DNA of 64,000 bases from Zestosphaera sp. (lineage in GTDB: Archaea > Thermoproteota > Thermoprotei_A > Sulfolobales > NBVN01). The notes beneath the pieces are model-generated. The model was not told the origin of the DNA, searched no databases, and saw nothing but the letters and a program-made list of their open reading frames with translations. Shown one piece after another: positions 1 through 9,673 of this stretch (its first letter is position 1; every line of letters begins with the position of its first letter). Location of the stretch: positions 3,634 through 67,633 of the forward strand of contig JAWBSH010000003.1 of NCBI GenBank assembly GCA_038843015.1, in the 5' to 3' direction. The translations under genes and the position numbers were made by a program.

Positions 1-579
1 CTGCTAACAGCACTAGTTTTAAGCACGTCATTGCTTGTAGTGAGTAAGGTGTACGTAGATGAGAAATCAATTGACCGGTATGAGAGAATCTACCTCTACA
101 GAAACGTTTTCTCAGTCTTAATAATAGCTCTAATGTCGCTGGCTTATGGTGCAAGCAACGCTGGTATTACTGCCGGACCACTACTCAAGATCGTAACAAG
201 TGAGTTAAGACTCGCTAACGAGAGCGCTTTACCGGCTCTACTAGCTTTCAGCGGTCTCCTCATTTCTTTAGGGATAATTTCTTGGGGGAGGAGGGTTGTA
301 GGGACTCTGGGTGAGGAACTAGCTACACTTAATTACTCTACGGCCGTAGTAACGTATTTCTCTGCATCATTAACTACGCTAGTGTTAGCGGAATTGGGGG
401 TGCCGGCAGCAACTACCATGGCAGTAACTGGAAGCATTATCGGAGCTAGCTTAGCAGAAGGCTACAGTGCCGTCAATATGAGAGTTGTAAGAAAGATACT
501 GACGATGTGGGCTTTAACAACACCGGCTTGCGTGACGATATCTTGCGTTCTATACTGGCTCATAATGTTAGTCACTTAA
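1..579 (+). CDS. PiT-family inorganic phosphate transporter, C-terminal part (gene continues left of the window)
   Basis: Frame 1 is open from nt 1, with no stop before the track's TTG at 31. The sequence is hydrophobic and multi-TM. AYGASNAGITAGP resembles the PiT signature repeat (GANDvaNa). The neighbour is a DUF47/PhoU-like gene. Confidence 0.6.
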   Translation: MLTALVLSTSLLVVSKVYVDEKSIDRYERIYLYRNVFSVLIIALMSLAYGASNAGITAGPLLKIVTSELRLANESALPALLAFSGLLISLGIISWGRRVVGTLGEELATLNYSTAVVTYFSASLTTLVLAELGVPAATTMAVTGSIIGASLAEGYSAVNMRVVRKILTMWALTTPACVTISCVLYWLIMLVT

Positions 580-1231
580 GCCCTCTACAGTATAGAGCGA
601 GTGTTCTCAGGTAATCACTCGCGTCTTCAGCGAAGTCTGTTATTCCCTCGAGGGACTCAATAAGCTTATCAACCATTAGTATTATCGCGGGATTCTTTAT
701 CATAGACCCATACTTAACTAGTAGCTGACGTCCCCTAATGAGTATCTTATCAGCGTCTTCCTCAGTTACCTCAATCCTGTATGCTTCTTCAACAACCTCA
801 TTATATTTATGATTGATTAATAAGGAAGTTATCTCATAGAGTTTCGAAACGGACTCGTAAGCTTTCCCAGAAAGCTCGTCGACAGCATTCTTTATCTCAC
901 CAGGTAACTCCAAGTAAGGAAATAGAGTCATGTTTCTAGCAACTTCTTTAGACTGTTCAGCTATTAAGTCAAGTCTTCTAAGAAGTGTAGATATTCTCTC
1001 CCTCATAAAGCCTGGATGCAGGTCCTGCAACTTAATCAGCAGGTTACGCCTAATTTCGTCAGCTACGGTGTCTTCATGTATGCCTTTAGTGAAAGACTCC
1101 ATAGCTTCAGCAGTCCTGAATTCTTCGAGGAGCTTAATACCTTCGTTACTTAGTTTAACAATATTGACGACGGCTCTAACATATTTAAGTAATTCGTTGC
1201 TCAAGCTACTCTCAAACTCGCAATACTCCAA
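572..1231 (-). CDS. DUF47/PhoU-like protein (putative phosphate-transport accessory/regulator)
   Basis: 219-aa helical-looking protein of the type usually paired with PiT transporters. It is convergent with the PiT gene and overlaps it by 8 nt. Confidence 0.5.
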   Translation of the reverse strand: MEYCEFESSLSNELLKYVRAVVNIVKLSNEGIKLLEEFRTAEAMESFTKGIHEDTVADEIRRNLLIKLQDLHPGFMRERISTLLRRLDLIAEQSKEVARNMTLFPYLELPGEIKNAVDELSGKAYESVSKLYEITSLLINHKYNEVVEEAYRIEVTEEDADKILIRGRQLLVKYGSMIKNPAIILMVDKLIESLEGITDFAEDASDYLRTLALYCRGLK

Positions 1232-1307
1232 CCTAAGCCCCCAAAACCTAGTTCATTAACAAATAAAATAACTTCTTATCACGAAAAGGAAACACGCTCC
1301 TAGAAAC

Positions 1308-2366
1308 TCAAGCCGTAAAACCAAAGTATTCCTTAACTTGCTTATCGCGTTCCTTAATTTCATTAAGGTGATGCTTAAGCGTTTTCGCGAACTTAAGCGT
1401 ATAATACACTGTAAATATTGAGTGTAGGTACATCCCTAAAAGACCGAGAAATCCTTGAAGAGGTCTGTACCGCAAGTACCTCTCTCTAGCGAGAAGCTCT
1501 AACTTTATGATGAGGTACGTCAAGCCAGCTAAACACGCTAAGAACACAACCTCCGCAGGCACTGAAGTCAAGGAAGCTAGTCCGGCCGACATTATAGCTA
1601 AGTAAGCGATCAACACCATAAGTGGCGATAACATAAAGAGAAACCAAGGAGTAAAATCAGGCGGGAGTTTCTTCCCGGTAAGTAAAGAACCCTCAACCAA
1701 GCCTTTAACCCTGTTACGCTGCCAAGCAATAACCTCCTTAAGAGACTTAGGCACTGTCGTTACTAGGGAAGCCTCCTCACAGTAGCAGAACTCGGCATTG
1801 CCGTGTAGTGAGAGACTGAAGAAGAAGTCATCGCTTCTGGAGATAGCCGGGTACGTGTGTTTCTTGTAGAGGCTAGTCTTAACTGCCTTATTATTTCCTG
1901 GAGCGTGTCTCCTAGAAACAAACTTGAAGAGGTGGTGGTATGTATGGTACCAGTAGAAGAGCATACCCCAAAAACTATCTCTCACATACGTAGACCCGGA
2001 ACACACATCACATGACCTCTCACTGTTAAAACACTTCAGAAAACTACTCACGTAGTTCTCAGAATACTCGTTCTCAGAGTCGCCCCAAATAATTAAGTCG
2101 TAACCTAAGTCCATACCATACTTGACTGCCTCTACTCTAGCCTGCCCGACACCCCCCTTAAACCTCTGCTTAATAAAGTTAATACACTTAAACCTACTCT
2201 TGAATTCTTCAGCAACCTGTTCGGAATCGTCTGTAGACCAACCATCAACAACTAAAACGTCGAAATCAACACAGATACTCACGCCAGACTGCTTGCTCAA
2301 GGACTCAAGAGCATTCTTCAACCCCCCAGCATTATCCTTATTCAGCAACACTACCAGCACACGCAC
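1308..2366 (-). CDS. Family 2 glycosyltransferase with C-terminal membrane domain
   Basis: N-terminal GT-A pattern VVLLNKDNAGGLKNALESL...VVDGWSTDDS. An acidic motif follows (WGDSENE). The C-terminal third has several hydrophobic helices. Confidence 0.7.
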   Translation of the reverse strand: MRVLVVLLNKDNAGGLKNALESLSKQSGVSICVDFDVLVVDGWSTDDSEQVAEEFKSRFKCINFIKQRFKGGVGQARVEAVKYGMDLGYDLIIWGDSENEYSENYVSSFLKCFNSERSCDVCSGSTYVRDSFWGMLFYWYHTYHHLFKFVSRRHAPGNNKAVKTSLYKKHTYPAISRSDDFFFSLSLHGNAEFCYCEEASLVTTVPKSLKEVIAWQRNRVKGLVEGSLLTGKKLPPDFTPWFLFMLSPLMVLIAYLAIMSAGLASLTSVPAEVVFLACLAGLTYLIIKLELLARERYLRYRPLQGFLGLLGMYLHSIFTVYYTLKFAKTLKHHLNEIKERDKQVKEYFGFTA

Positions 2367-2710
2367 ATACCTGCACCAGACACATTAACGAGATTTCCTA
2401 TATTTAGTTTTCTTTAGTTTTCTACAGAGAGAACCTTAATGAAGTGCTAAACAGCCTCTCTCCTGTTCTAGAGGGCGGGCTTTTATCGTAACGATACTAG
2501 GTCTTTCATCTTTTAACCTTATTTATAATGTTTATGTTAAAAAACAGAAATCTTCTAAGAACTTATTTAACGTAAATACATTCTCTTAGAGGGATATCTA
2601 ATATAGAACTTCTTACTATACTTAATTAATTGATTTTTCTAAACGTTCTCTCTCATTTCACGTATACCCATCAAATAGTTTTTTAAAAGCTTTCTAGAAT
2701 ATATTCACAC

Positions 2711-4159
2711 GTGGTGTGTAACTTGAGTTCAGCACCTAGATCAAGCATGTTACTAGTTGGTTTAGCCATAGCTATAATAGTTGTTGGAGTCCTAGGTTAT
2801 TATATAGGAAGTATGACAGCCCCAACACAGACAACCACAGTCACTCAAGCAGCACAAACACTTACTGTCACTACTACTAGGACAGAAACTGTGACGCCTG
2901 TTTATACACCTCCCGAGAAGATTAGAGCAGGCTTCATATACGTAGGTCCTATAGGAGATTTTGGCTGGACCTTCATGCACGACCTTGGTAGGAAAGTTGT
3001 TGCTGAACTCTATAAAGATTGGCTTGAAACTACGTATTACGAAAGTGTTCCCGAAGGTGCTGTGGCTGATAGATTAAGAGACTTAATAAGAGCGGGATAC
3101 AATGTTTTCTTTACTACCTCCTTCGGTTTCATGGAGGGTACCCACGCAGTAGCTCAGCAGTACCCCAACTTAATTTTCTGGCACTGTAGCGGTTATTTGC
3201 GAGACAAGAATATGGGTACTTACTTTGCTGATTTCTATCAAATCTACTATCTTAACGGTTTAGCCGCCGGTGCTTTAACTAAGACAGGTAAGGTAGGTTA
3301 TGTAGCAGCTTTCTTGATTCCTGAAGTAGTAAGGCACTTAAGTGCTTTCGCGATAGGTGCTAGAGAAGTTGCTCAGCAGAGAGGACTTAACCTAACTCTA
3401 TACGTGATAGAGATCGGCGCGTGGTATGATCCTGCTAAAGCTAGGTCAGCTGCCGAGACTCTCGTTAACCAGTATGGTGTTGACGTAATAGCTTTCACTG
3501 AAGACTCAACAGCGATTGTAGAGTATGCGCAGGAGCAGTTTAGTCTAGGCAAAGAGATATACGTCTTCAGCCACTATAGCCCCATGTATGTTTACGGTGA
3601 AGATGTGGTAGTCAGTGGTCAGCTAGTTAGGTGGGAGATAATATATGCTGACATACTAGGCAAGATTAAGGCGGGTATATACACGCCAACTAACCTGCAA
3701 AACGTTGATTACTGGTACCTCCTCAACACAGGAGCTGTTGAGATGGCCGCACACGTATTCCCTAACGGTAGTGTCATGTACATTAACCCGAAGTTCGTAG
3801 AGCCTCTTAAGGGGGTTACTGTGACTGACAAGATATCTGGCAAGACTATGAGTGTTTATGACTTGATATGGCTTAGGTACGAGCAGATGAGGAACGCGCC
3901 AATGCTAATGTCTTTCCAGCAGATAGCTACTAGCCACATCTACGAAAATGTAACGTCTATTACTATAACTATAGGAGGCACGCCTACTACTTACCCGATA
4001 GCACCGGTCTTCGACCCATTCATGGGTCCTTTAAGCGGGTACAAGATAGACAATCCATCACAGAAAGTCACAGTAGCTCCCGGCGCTAGATTAGGGCATG
4101 CTGACCTCTGGAGTATGGATTGGGTCCCTGATTTCGTAAGAATAATCGGTAAAATTTAG
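2711..4159 (+). CDS. BMP-family (Med/PnrA-like) ABC transporter substrate-binding protein
   Basis: N-terminal TM anchor plus a Thr-rich linker. GFIYVGPIGDFGWTFMHD is typical of basic-membrane-protein binding proteins. It is first in an ATPase and two-permease operon. The likely start is the ATG at 2747. Confidence 0.7.
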   Translation: MVCNLSSAPRSSMLLVGLAIAIIVVGVLGYYIGSMTAPTQTTTVTQAAQTLTVTTTRTETVTPVYTPPEKIRAGFIYVGPIGDFGWTFMHDLGRKVVAELYKDWLETTYYESVPEGAVADRLRDLIRAGYNVFFTTSFGFMEGTHAVAQQYPNLIFWHCSGYLRDKNMGTYFADFYQIYYLNGLAAGALTKTGKVGYVAAFLIPEVVRHLSAFAIGAREVAQQRGLNLTLYVIEIGAWYDPAKARSAAETLVNQYGVDVIAFTEDSTAIVEYAQEQFSLGKEIYVFSHYSPMYVYGEDVVVSGQLVRWEIIYADILGKIKAGIYTPTNLQNVDYWYLLNTGAVEMAAHVFPNGSVMYINPKFVEPLKGVTVTDKISGKTMSVYDLIWLRYEQMRNAPMLMSFQQIATSHIYENVTSITITIGGTPTTYPIAPVFDPFMGPLSGYKIDNPSQKVTVAPGARLGHADLWSMDWVPDFVRIIGKI

Positions 4160-4168
4160 GTGTCTTAA

Positions 4169-5719
4169 ATGAGTATTCAGTCTTTTTTTCCTTCAAAAAG
4201 AGATGAACTCTCAGTTTTAAGTCCTATTATTTCCGTCCGTAATTTATGGAAGAGCTTCCCGGGTGTAGTGGCTTTAAAGAACGTGAGCCTCGATATATTT
4301 CCTGGAGAGATACACGCTATTCTAGGCGAGAATGGGGCCGGTAAGTCTACACTCCTAAAGATACTATACGGTATTTACGTGCCAGATAAGGGAGAATTAT
4401 TCTTTGAAGGTAAGAAAGTAGTGTTGACGTCCCCCCAAGACGCGGTTAAGAACGGCTTAGTACTCGTTTCTCAAGTTCCTCAGCTCGTAGATTCACTGAC
4501 CATCGCTGAGAACCTGTCTTTGTCTTTAAGGCAGTTTAGTTACGTGAGTAGTGTGAAGAAAGTCTCTAAGTTTCTCTTAGAGAAGGGAAGAGAATATGGC
4601 GTGAGAATAGACCCAGACATAGAGGCCTGGAAGTTAAGCTATACTCAAAAACAGTTAGTCGAGATTTTGAGGGCTTTGCTACTTAACGCGAGAGTGATAG
4701 CCTTCGACGAAGCAACTACACTTTTGCCGCATGCTGAGAAAGAAAGACTTTATGAGTTTATGAAACTGTTTAAGAGTAAGGGAGGCACGATCCTGCTCGT
4801 AACTCACAAGATTCCTGAGGCCATGGAAGTCTCAGACAGGATAACTATTCTGAGGAGAGGAGAGGTGGTAGGTACTGTGAAAACTGGTGAGACTACCATA
4901 GATCAAGTCAGGTATATGATGTTTGGTGAGAGACTTACTCAACTCAATTCTGGTGAGTATGAGAGATTGTATAAGAAGGATTCAGAAGTCCTGGTCGTGA
5001 AGGATCTTTGGGTTAGAAGTGATTATGGCGTGTACGCAGTAAGGGGAGTGTCTTTTAGCGTTCGTAGAGGCGAGATTTTCGGGATAGCTGGCGTAGCTGG
5101 TAACGGTCAGCTAGAACTTATTCAGGCTTTAGCTGGGCTAAGAAGAGTTGAGAAAGGTAGCATATATTTACGTTATAATGGGAACGAAATAAACGTCACT
5201 AACAAAGGCTCTATGCTAATCAGACGCTTAGGAATAGGGTACATACCAGACGAACCCGTTAAAAAAGGTGTTTCCCTAGACAACACTATCGAGGAGAACA
5301 TAGCGGTACATCCAAAACTTTCGAAGTTCTTGATAAACTGGAGAGGCATCAAGAATTTAGCCTCTAACCTAGTTAAGGAATTCAATATAGTGACGCCCTC
5401 AACGAGTACTAGAGCTAAAGTTTTGTCTGGAGGTAATTTAATGAAGGTTTTAGTAGCCAGAGAATTAACAGTCTCTAAACTAGCTTTAGTCGCTTATAAC
5501 CCGACTAGAGGTCTAGATGAGGTCTCGACTCGTTACGTTAGGAAACTGATAGTGAATAAGGCAGCAAATGAAGGTATGTGTGCTGTGATTGCTTCTGAAG
5601 ACCTCGACGAGATCATTGAGATAAGCGACGTGATCGCAGTTATGAATTCTGGCTCGGTAGTCGGTATTTTCAAGTCTGGAGCGAATAGAGAGGAGATTGA
5701 GAGAGTTATGGTGAGTTAA
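4169..5719 (+). CDS. ABC transporter ATP-binding protein (duplicated ATPase domains)
   Basis: Walker A GENGAGKST and a second P-loop GVAGNGQ. Signature-like LSYTQKQ and LSGGNLMK. 516 aa, typical of sugar/nucleoside-type tandem ATPases. Confidence 0.85.
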   Translation: MSIQSFFPSKRDELSVLSPIISVRNLWKSFPGVVALKNVSLDIFPGEIHAILGENGAGKSTLLKILYGIYVPDKGELFFEGKKVVLTSPQDAVKNGLVLVSQVPQLVDSLTIAENLSLSLRQFSYVSSVKKVSKFLLEKGREYGVRIDPDIEAWKLSYTQKQLVEILRALLLNARVIAFDEATTLLPHAEKERLYEFMKLFKSKGGTILLVTHKIPEAMEVSDRITILRRGEVVGTVKTGETTIDQVRYMMFGERLTQLNSGEYERLYKKDSEVLVVKDLWVRSDYGVYAVRGVSFSVRRGEIFGIAGVAGNGQLELIQALAGLRRVEKGSIYLRYNGNEINVTNKGSMLIRRLGIGYIPDEPVKKGVSLDNTIEENIAVHPKLSKFLINWRGIKNLASNLVKEFNIVTPSTSTRAKVLSGGNLMKVLVARELTVSKLALVAYNPTRGLDEVSTRYVRKLIVNKAANEGMCAVIASEDLDEIIEISDVIAVMNSGSVVGIFKSGANREEIERVMVS

Positions 5720-5720
5720 G

Positions 5721-6920
5721 ATGCGCTTGATAGTAGTCAAGCGAGTAAAGACTTCTAACATGTACTACATTGGAATACCAATACTCTCCATATTAGTAGG
5801 TCTTGCAATATCTATACTCATATTTGCTTCTATAGGTGTGCCGCCCGACTTATTCGTTGGGGGGATTATCTCAGGCTTTCAAAGTCCTCAGACTTTGAGG
5901 TATTTCGCCTTACTTGTTATGCTGGGTGTAGCGTTAACATTAAGTTTCAGAGCTTCTATCTGGAACGTAGGTGCTGAAGGGCAGATGATATGGGGGATGC
6001 TTGCGGGAGGCTACATAGCACTCTTTGTTGCTGCCCAATCAATGTATGTGAGTCCTAGTGAGCTACCTAACTACGCTAGCATGCCTGGTGTGGAAATTAT
6101 TGACGCGAGTCCTTACGCACCTGTCATCTCAGTTCTTTTGATGGATCCCTCATTAGGAAAGTTATTAATGATTCTTTTTGGTATGCTAGCAGGGGGATTA
6201 TGGGCTTTAATACCTGCAGTACTTAAGGCGTACTTAGACGTAGATGAGGTCGCAACTACTCTTATCTTAAATTACGTTGCGTACCAGCTCTTTAATCACT
6301 TAGTTTCCTATAATTTAAGAGGTTTAAGCGTTCAAGCAAAACAGTTTTTCAGGACAGACAGAATAAACTCGGCACTCTTCTTCAACCTCATCCCCGGCAC
6401 GTCAGTCACTATACAGGAGGTAGTTATGGCCGCGATATTCTTTGTTGGCGTCATCTTAATGTATAAGTACACAACGATAGGTCTGAGACTGAAAATAATT
6501 GGGTCAAACCCGCAACTCCTTAGGTCTGTAGGAGTAGATGAGAGGAGATACATACTGCTAGCAATGTTCTTAAGCGGGATGTTAGCAGGCGCTGCAGGAG
6601 TCTCTATATTTGCTAACCTAGGCGTAGGTAAGTTAGAAAAGATAGCTAACGTGGTTAGCCCACCCACCATGAACTTAGGCTACACCGCTATACTCGTATC
6701 GTGGCTTTCAATGCTTGACACTCGTCTTATCCCCATATACGCTTACGTAGTAGCTTCATTGTTTCAGGGGAGTAGCATACTCCAGTCAGAGATTAACCTA
6801 CTATTTCCTGAGTTGTCCTTAACAGGCGCGGCTTTAACTTACATTCCTATAGGCTCTATATTGATAGTCTACGTAGTTCTAAGAGTATTAACAGATTACT
6901 CAATAAGGATAAGGAGGTAG
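5721..6920 (+). CDS. ABC transporter permease
   Basis: Polytopic membrane protein. Its start lies 2 nt after the ATPase stop. Confidence 0.75.
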   Translation: MRLIVVKRVKTSNMYYIGIPILSILVGLAISILIFASIGVPPDLFVGGIISGFQSPQTLRYFALLVMLGVALTLSFRASIWNVGAEGQMIWGMLAGGYIALFVAAQSMYVSPSELPNYASMPGVEIIDASPYAPVISVLLMDPSLGKLLMILFGMLAGGLWALIPAVLKAYLDVDEVATTLILNYVAYQLFNHLVSYNLRGLSVQAKQFFRTDRINSALFFNLIPGTSVTIQEVVMAAIFFVGVILMYKYTTIGLRLKIIGSNPQLLRSVGVDERRYILLAMFLSGMLAGAAGVSIFANLGVGKLEKIANVVSPPTMNLGYTAILVSWLSMLDTRLIPIYAYVVASLFQGSSILQSEINLLFPELSLTGAALTYIPIGSILIVYVVLRVLTDYSIRIRR

Positions 6921-7883
6921 ATGATGTTGCTGGAAGACATACTTACTACAATAATGGCGTCATTAGCAGAGATACCTAATATAGTGCTTGCTATGTCACC
7001 TATATTTGTTTACTTATACTTAGCTAGTTTAGGTAATTCTGTTGTCGAGAAGTCTGGTATACTTAATCTAGCTATTGACGGAGCGTACACGCTAGGTATA
7101 GCGCTAGTCTTTACGTTGCTGGTGTTTGTAGGCGACCCCACACTAGCTCTACTGATTACTTCATTCTTGATTGGGTTGTTAGGAGTTTTGGTAGCTTTCT
7201 TGACTACGAAGCTCCCCATATCTCACGGTGCTATAGGACTTTCAATACAGTTCGTGGGTTACGGTCTCGCGTCGTTTCTCGCATACCCGGTGTCGCTGAA
7301 GGTTAGGGCTGAGAGGATAAGCCTTAATACGTACCCCGCAGTACCTGAGGTCGTTTTAGCTTTCTTAACTCTATCTATACTGATCGGTGTACTAATACAT
7401 TTACTTATTTTCAAGACTAAGTTAGGGTCAGCGATAAGAGCTGTGGGCGAGAACCCTGCAGGAGCTTCAGCTCTAGGAATTAATGTCCTTAAAGTAAGAG
7501 TCATAGCTACTTTCTTAGGGTACGTTTTGATAGGGACTGCTTCCTCGCTTTTCCTCTTACTCTACACGAAAAACTGGCAAGAAGGTCTAGGCATGGGTTA
7601 CGGCTGGATTTCCTTCGCTATATCACTCTCGTCCGGCAGGCACCCAATCGTGGGAATAGTCACTTCAGTGATCTTCGCTGTTCTCATTAGGTACGCATAC
7701 GTTCTTCAAGACGCTTTAGTGAGGTATGGGATAAGCATATCTAACTTCATAGTTATTGCCTTACCGTTCATAGCAGCAGTACTAATACCTCTCGCAGTTA
7801 CTGCAATCCCGCAACTACGTCGGAGGTTTGCGCCACCCAAGCATCTAGGGAAAATATTCTTTAGTGAAGAGAGGTCAGTATAA
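6921..7883 (+). CDS. ABC transporter permease
   Basis: Polytopic membrane protein that abuts the previous permease with no gap. Confidence 0.75.
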   Translation: MMLLEDILTTIMASLAEIPNIVLAMSPIFVYLYLASLGNSVVEKSGILNLAIDGAYTLGIALVFTLLVFVGDPTLALLITSFLIGLLGVLVAFLTTKLPISHGAIGLSIQFVGYGLASFLAYPVSLKVRAERISLNTYPAVPEVVLAFLTLSILIGVLIHLLIFKTKLGSAIRAVGENPAGASALGINVLKVRVIATFLGYVLIGTASSLFLLLYTKNWQEGLGMGYGWISFAISLSSGRHPIVGIVTSVIFAVLIRYAYVLQDALVRYGISISNFIVIALPFIAAVLIPLAVTAIPQLRRRFAPPKHLGKIFFSEERSV

Positions 7884-7964
7884 CTTCACACTACTTAAGA
7901 CAGAGCACATTAGTGGGCCCAGCATTTTAATCTTCGTTGATACAATACTTCAGGGGTAAGTAGT

Positions 7965-9101
7965 TTGAGTAGGCAGAGCGACGACGAGACATTATGGTCT
8001 CAAGAAGTTCATCTTCTTCAGCCAAGCAGACACCTCAACCCATCACTTATTGACTTTATTGACCACCTACAAAGCTTTGAGTATGTCCCGGAAATTTCAG
8101 AAGTAGCTGATTTAATGGACCTACACACTTCTACCGTGTGGAAAATGATGAAAACTTTAAAGCAGAGAGGACTCGAACTTCAGGGTCTCATAGACATAAG
8201 TCGTTTAGGCATGGTTGAGGTCGTCTTAATATTTGATAAATTTCTTGAAATTTCTGAGCTACCTAAATGCTTGCTTAGAGAGTACGCGCCAGTACTGCCT
8301 TGGGGTTCTTACCTCAGGTACGTAGTGCCGAGAAATGCTGTCGAGACTTTCTTGACTTCCTTGTATGTTAAGCTAGGTGTTGAGGCTAGAGAAGTTTACG
8401 TACTGCCTACGACGATATACAGCAAACCTAGCTTAAAAGAATATTACGACATAACGACTAGGAGGCTCCTGTTAAGCTGGGATAAGCTACTAGCACGTAT
8501 TAAGTCGTCACCTAGAGAGTCTCTCCCAAGAGAGAGCCCAGGAGAGAAAATAAGGTATGACGAGATAGACTTACACATAGTAAGGGAACTCGAACTTAAT
8601 CCTTTCACTTCTATCAAGAATATAGCTAAAAAACTTAGTGATGAGTCGAGCATGGGTAGAACACTTAATTACGTGTTAGTTTTGAGGCACTACAACAACC
8701 ACGTGAAGAACAGGGGTGTCATGAGGGGTGTTAGACTGAGGTTTGAGCGTTTACTCTTAGACCCTCCTATAAAAACCTTAAGTATAGTTGCTGGAAACCC
8801 TATAGACTTGCTGAGAGTTTCTAAAATTTTGAGCACACACGTATACTTCCTTGACTCCTACATTAGTCTATCTGACAACATATTAATAACACAAGCCCTG
8901 ATACCGCCGAGGCTGATCTTCGACTTGAGTTTATTCTTTGAGAAGCTAAAGTCGAGTGAAATCATAAAGTCTTGGAGGAACTTATACCTAGACAACACTA
9001 GATTAAAGAAGTACGCGTTCCCAGTCAAACTCTATACTCTAACGATAGAGGAAATGCTTAGTTTAAGCGACGATGAATTAATGATTAAGGAAATAACTTA
9101 A
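7965..9101 (+). CDS. Putative transcriptional regulator with two HTH (Lrp/AsnC-like) modules
   Basis: Segments EISEVADLMDLHTSTVWKMMKTLKQRGL and IDLHIVRELELNPFTSIKNIAKKL look like wHTH/AsnC-type HTH units. I did not recognise the remainder. Confidence 0.35.
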   Translation: MSRQSDDETLWSQEVHLLQPSRHLNPSLIDFIDHLQSFEYVPEISEVADLMDLHTSTVWKMMKTLKQRGLELQGLIDISRLGMVEVVLIFDKFLEISELPKCLLREYAPVLPWGSYLRYVVPRNAVETFLTSLYVKLGVEAREVYVLPTTIYSKPSLKEYYDITTRRLLLSWDKLLARIKSSPRESLPRESPGEKIRYDEIDLHIVRELELNPFTSIKNIAKKLSDESSMGRTLNYVLVLRHYNNHVKNRGVMRGVRLRFERLLLDPPIKTLSIVAGNPIDLLRVSKILSTHVYFLDSYISLSDNILITQALIPPRLIFDLSLFFEKLKSSEIIKSWRNLYLDNTRLKKYAFPVKLYTLTIEEMLSLSDDELMIKEIT

Positions 9102-9153
9102 GGTTGGGAAATCAGAAGAACTTAACTTAAATGATATGATGGCTAGCACTTTC

Positions 9154-9177
9154 AAGGCCTTAAGGCCTTAAGACCTT
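9154..9177. repeat. Tandem palindromic octamer AAGGCCTT AAGGCCTT AAGACCTT
   Basis: Read directly from the sequence, 53 nt downstream of the 7965-9101 stop. It is self-complementary and could form a hairpin. Confidence 0.8.
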
Positions 9178-9273
9178 AAAGTTGTGAAGTCTTGACAAAA
9201 GAATCAGAACCGCCGTGGTGAGAGGTCCTAAGGAGACTGTTAAAGAGCGAATAGTTGGGGGACTGTCTGTATG

Positions 9274-9540
9274 TTGTTTAGTTTTGGTTTTTCTGGTTGT
9301 TTGGGTTATTTCCGCGGGTTTCAGGAATCGACATATTAAGGTATATAAATAACTGAGTGTTTTAGTGACTGGGAGCCGATGAGCTGATGAGTCGTTGGCG
9401 AGGGACGAGACTCTGTAAACCGCTCTTCACCGATGGCTCCGGGAAGCACAGCAACCTCCTAGAGCCGTAAGTGGGGGAAAAGGAGATAACCAGGTGGGGG
9501 TGAACCCCTACTCAGAAAAACCAAAACAACTAAAACAACC
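9274..9540 (+). other. GC-enriched structured intergenic element (candidate ncRNA or repeat-family member)
   Basis: A perfect 15-bp complement pairs 9281-9295 (GTTTTGGTTTTTCTG) with 9513-9527. A nested 10-bp stem pairs 9304-9313 with 9482-9491 (one G-U). There is a GGGGG-UGAA-CCCCU hairpin at 9496-9509. The core 9361-9510 is about 57% G+C by hand count. Confidence 0.3.
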
Positions 9541-9673
9541 AAAAAACCTAGCTAACGGACACGGGCAACCACTAGATACCAACAGATGCGAAAGCTTGTG
9601 AGGCAGCTACCTGCCTAGAAAACAATAACGTTTATAAAGTTATCTTAAGAAATCACATGAGGGATACATAGTT

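Noticed and set aside
9200-9670. Whether the structured region upstream of pgk is SRP RNA, RNase P RNA or 5S rRNA
   Set aside because: I could not find the signature motifs on either strand: RNase P GGAAAGUCC/ACAGAA-type CR-I/CR-IV, SRP helix 8 GGAA/AGCA loops, or the 5S CCCGGAAGUUAAGC-type segment. G+C is also lower than the tRNAs here. I left it as an unclassified candidate.
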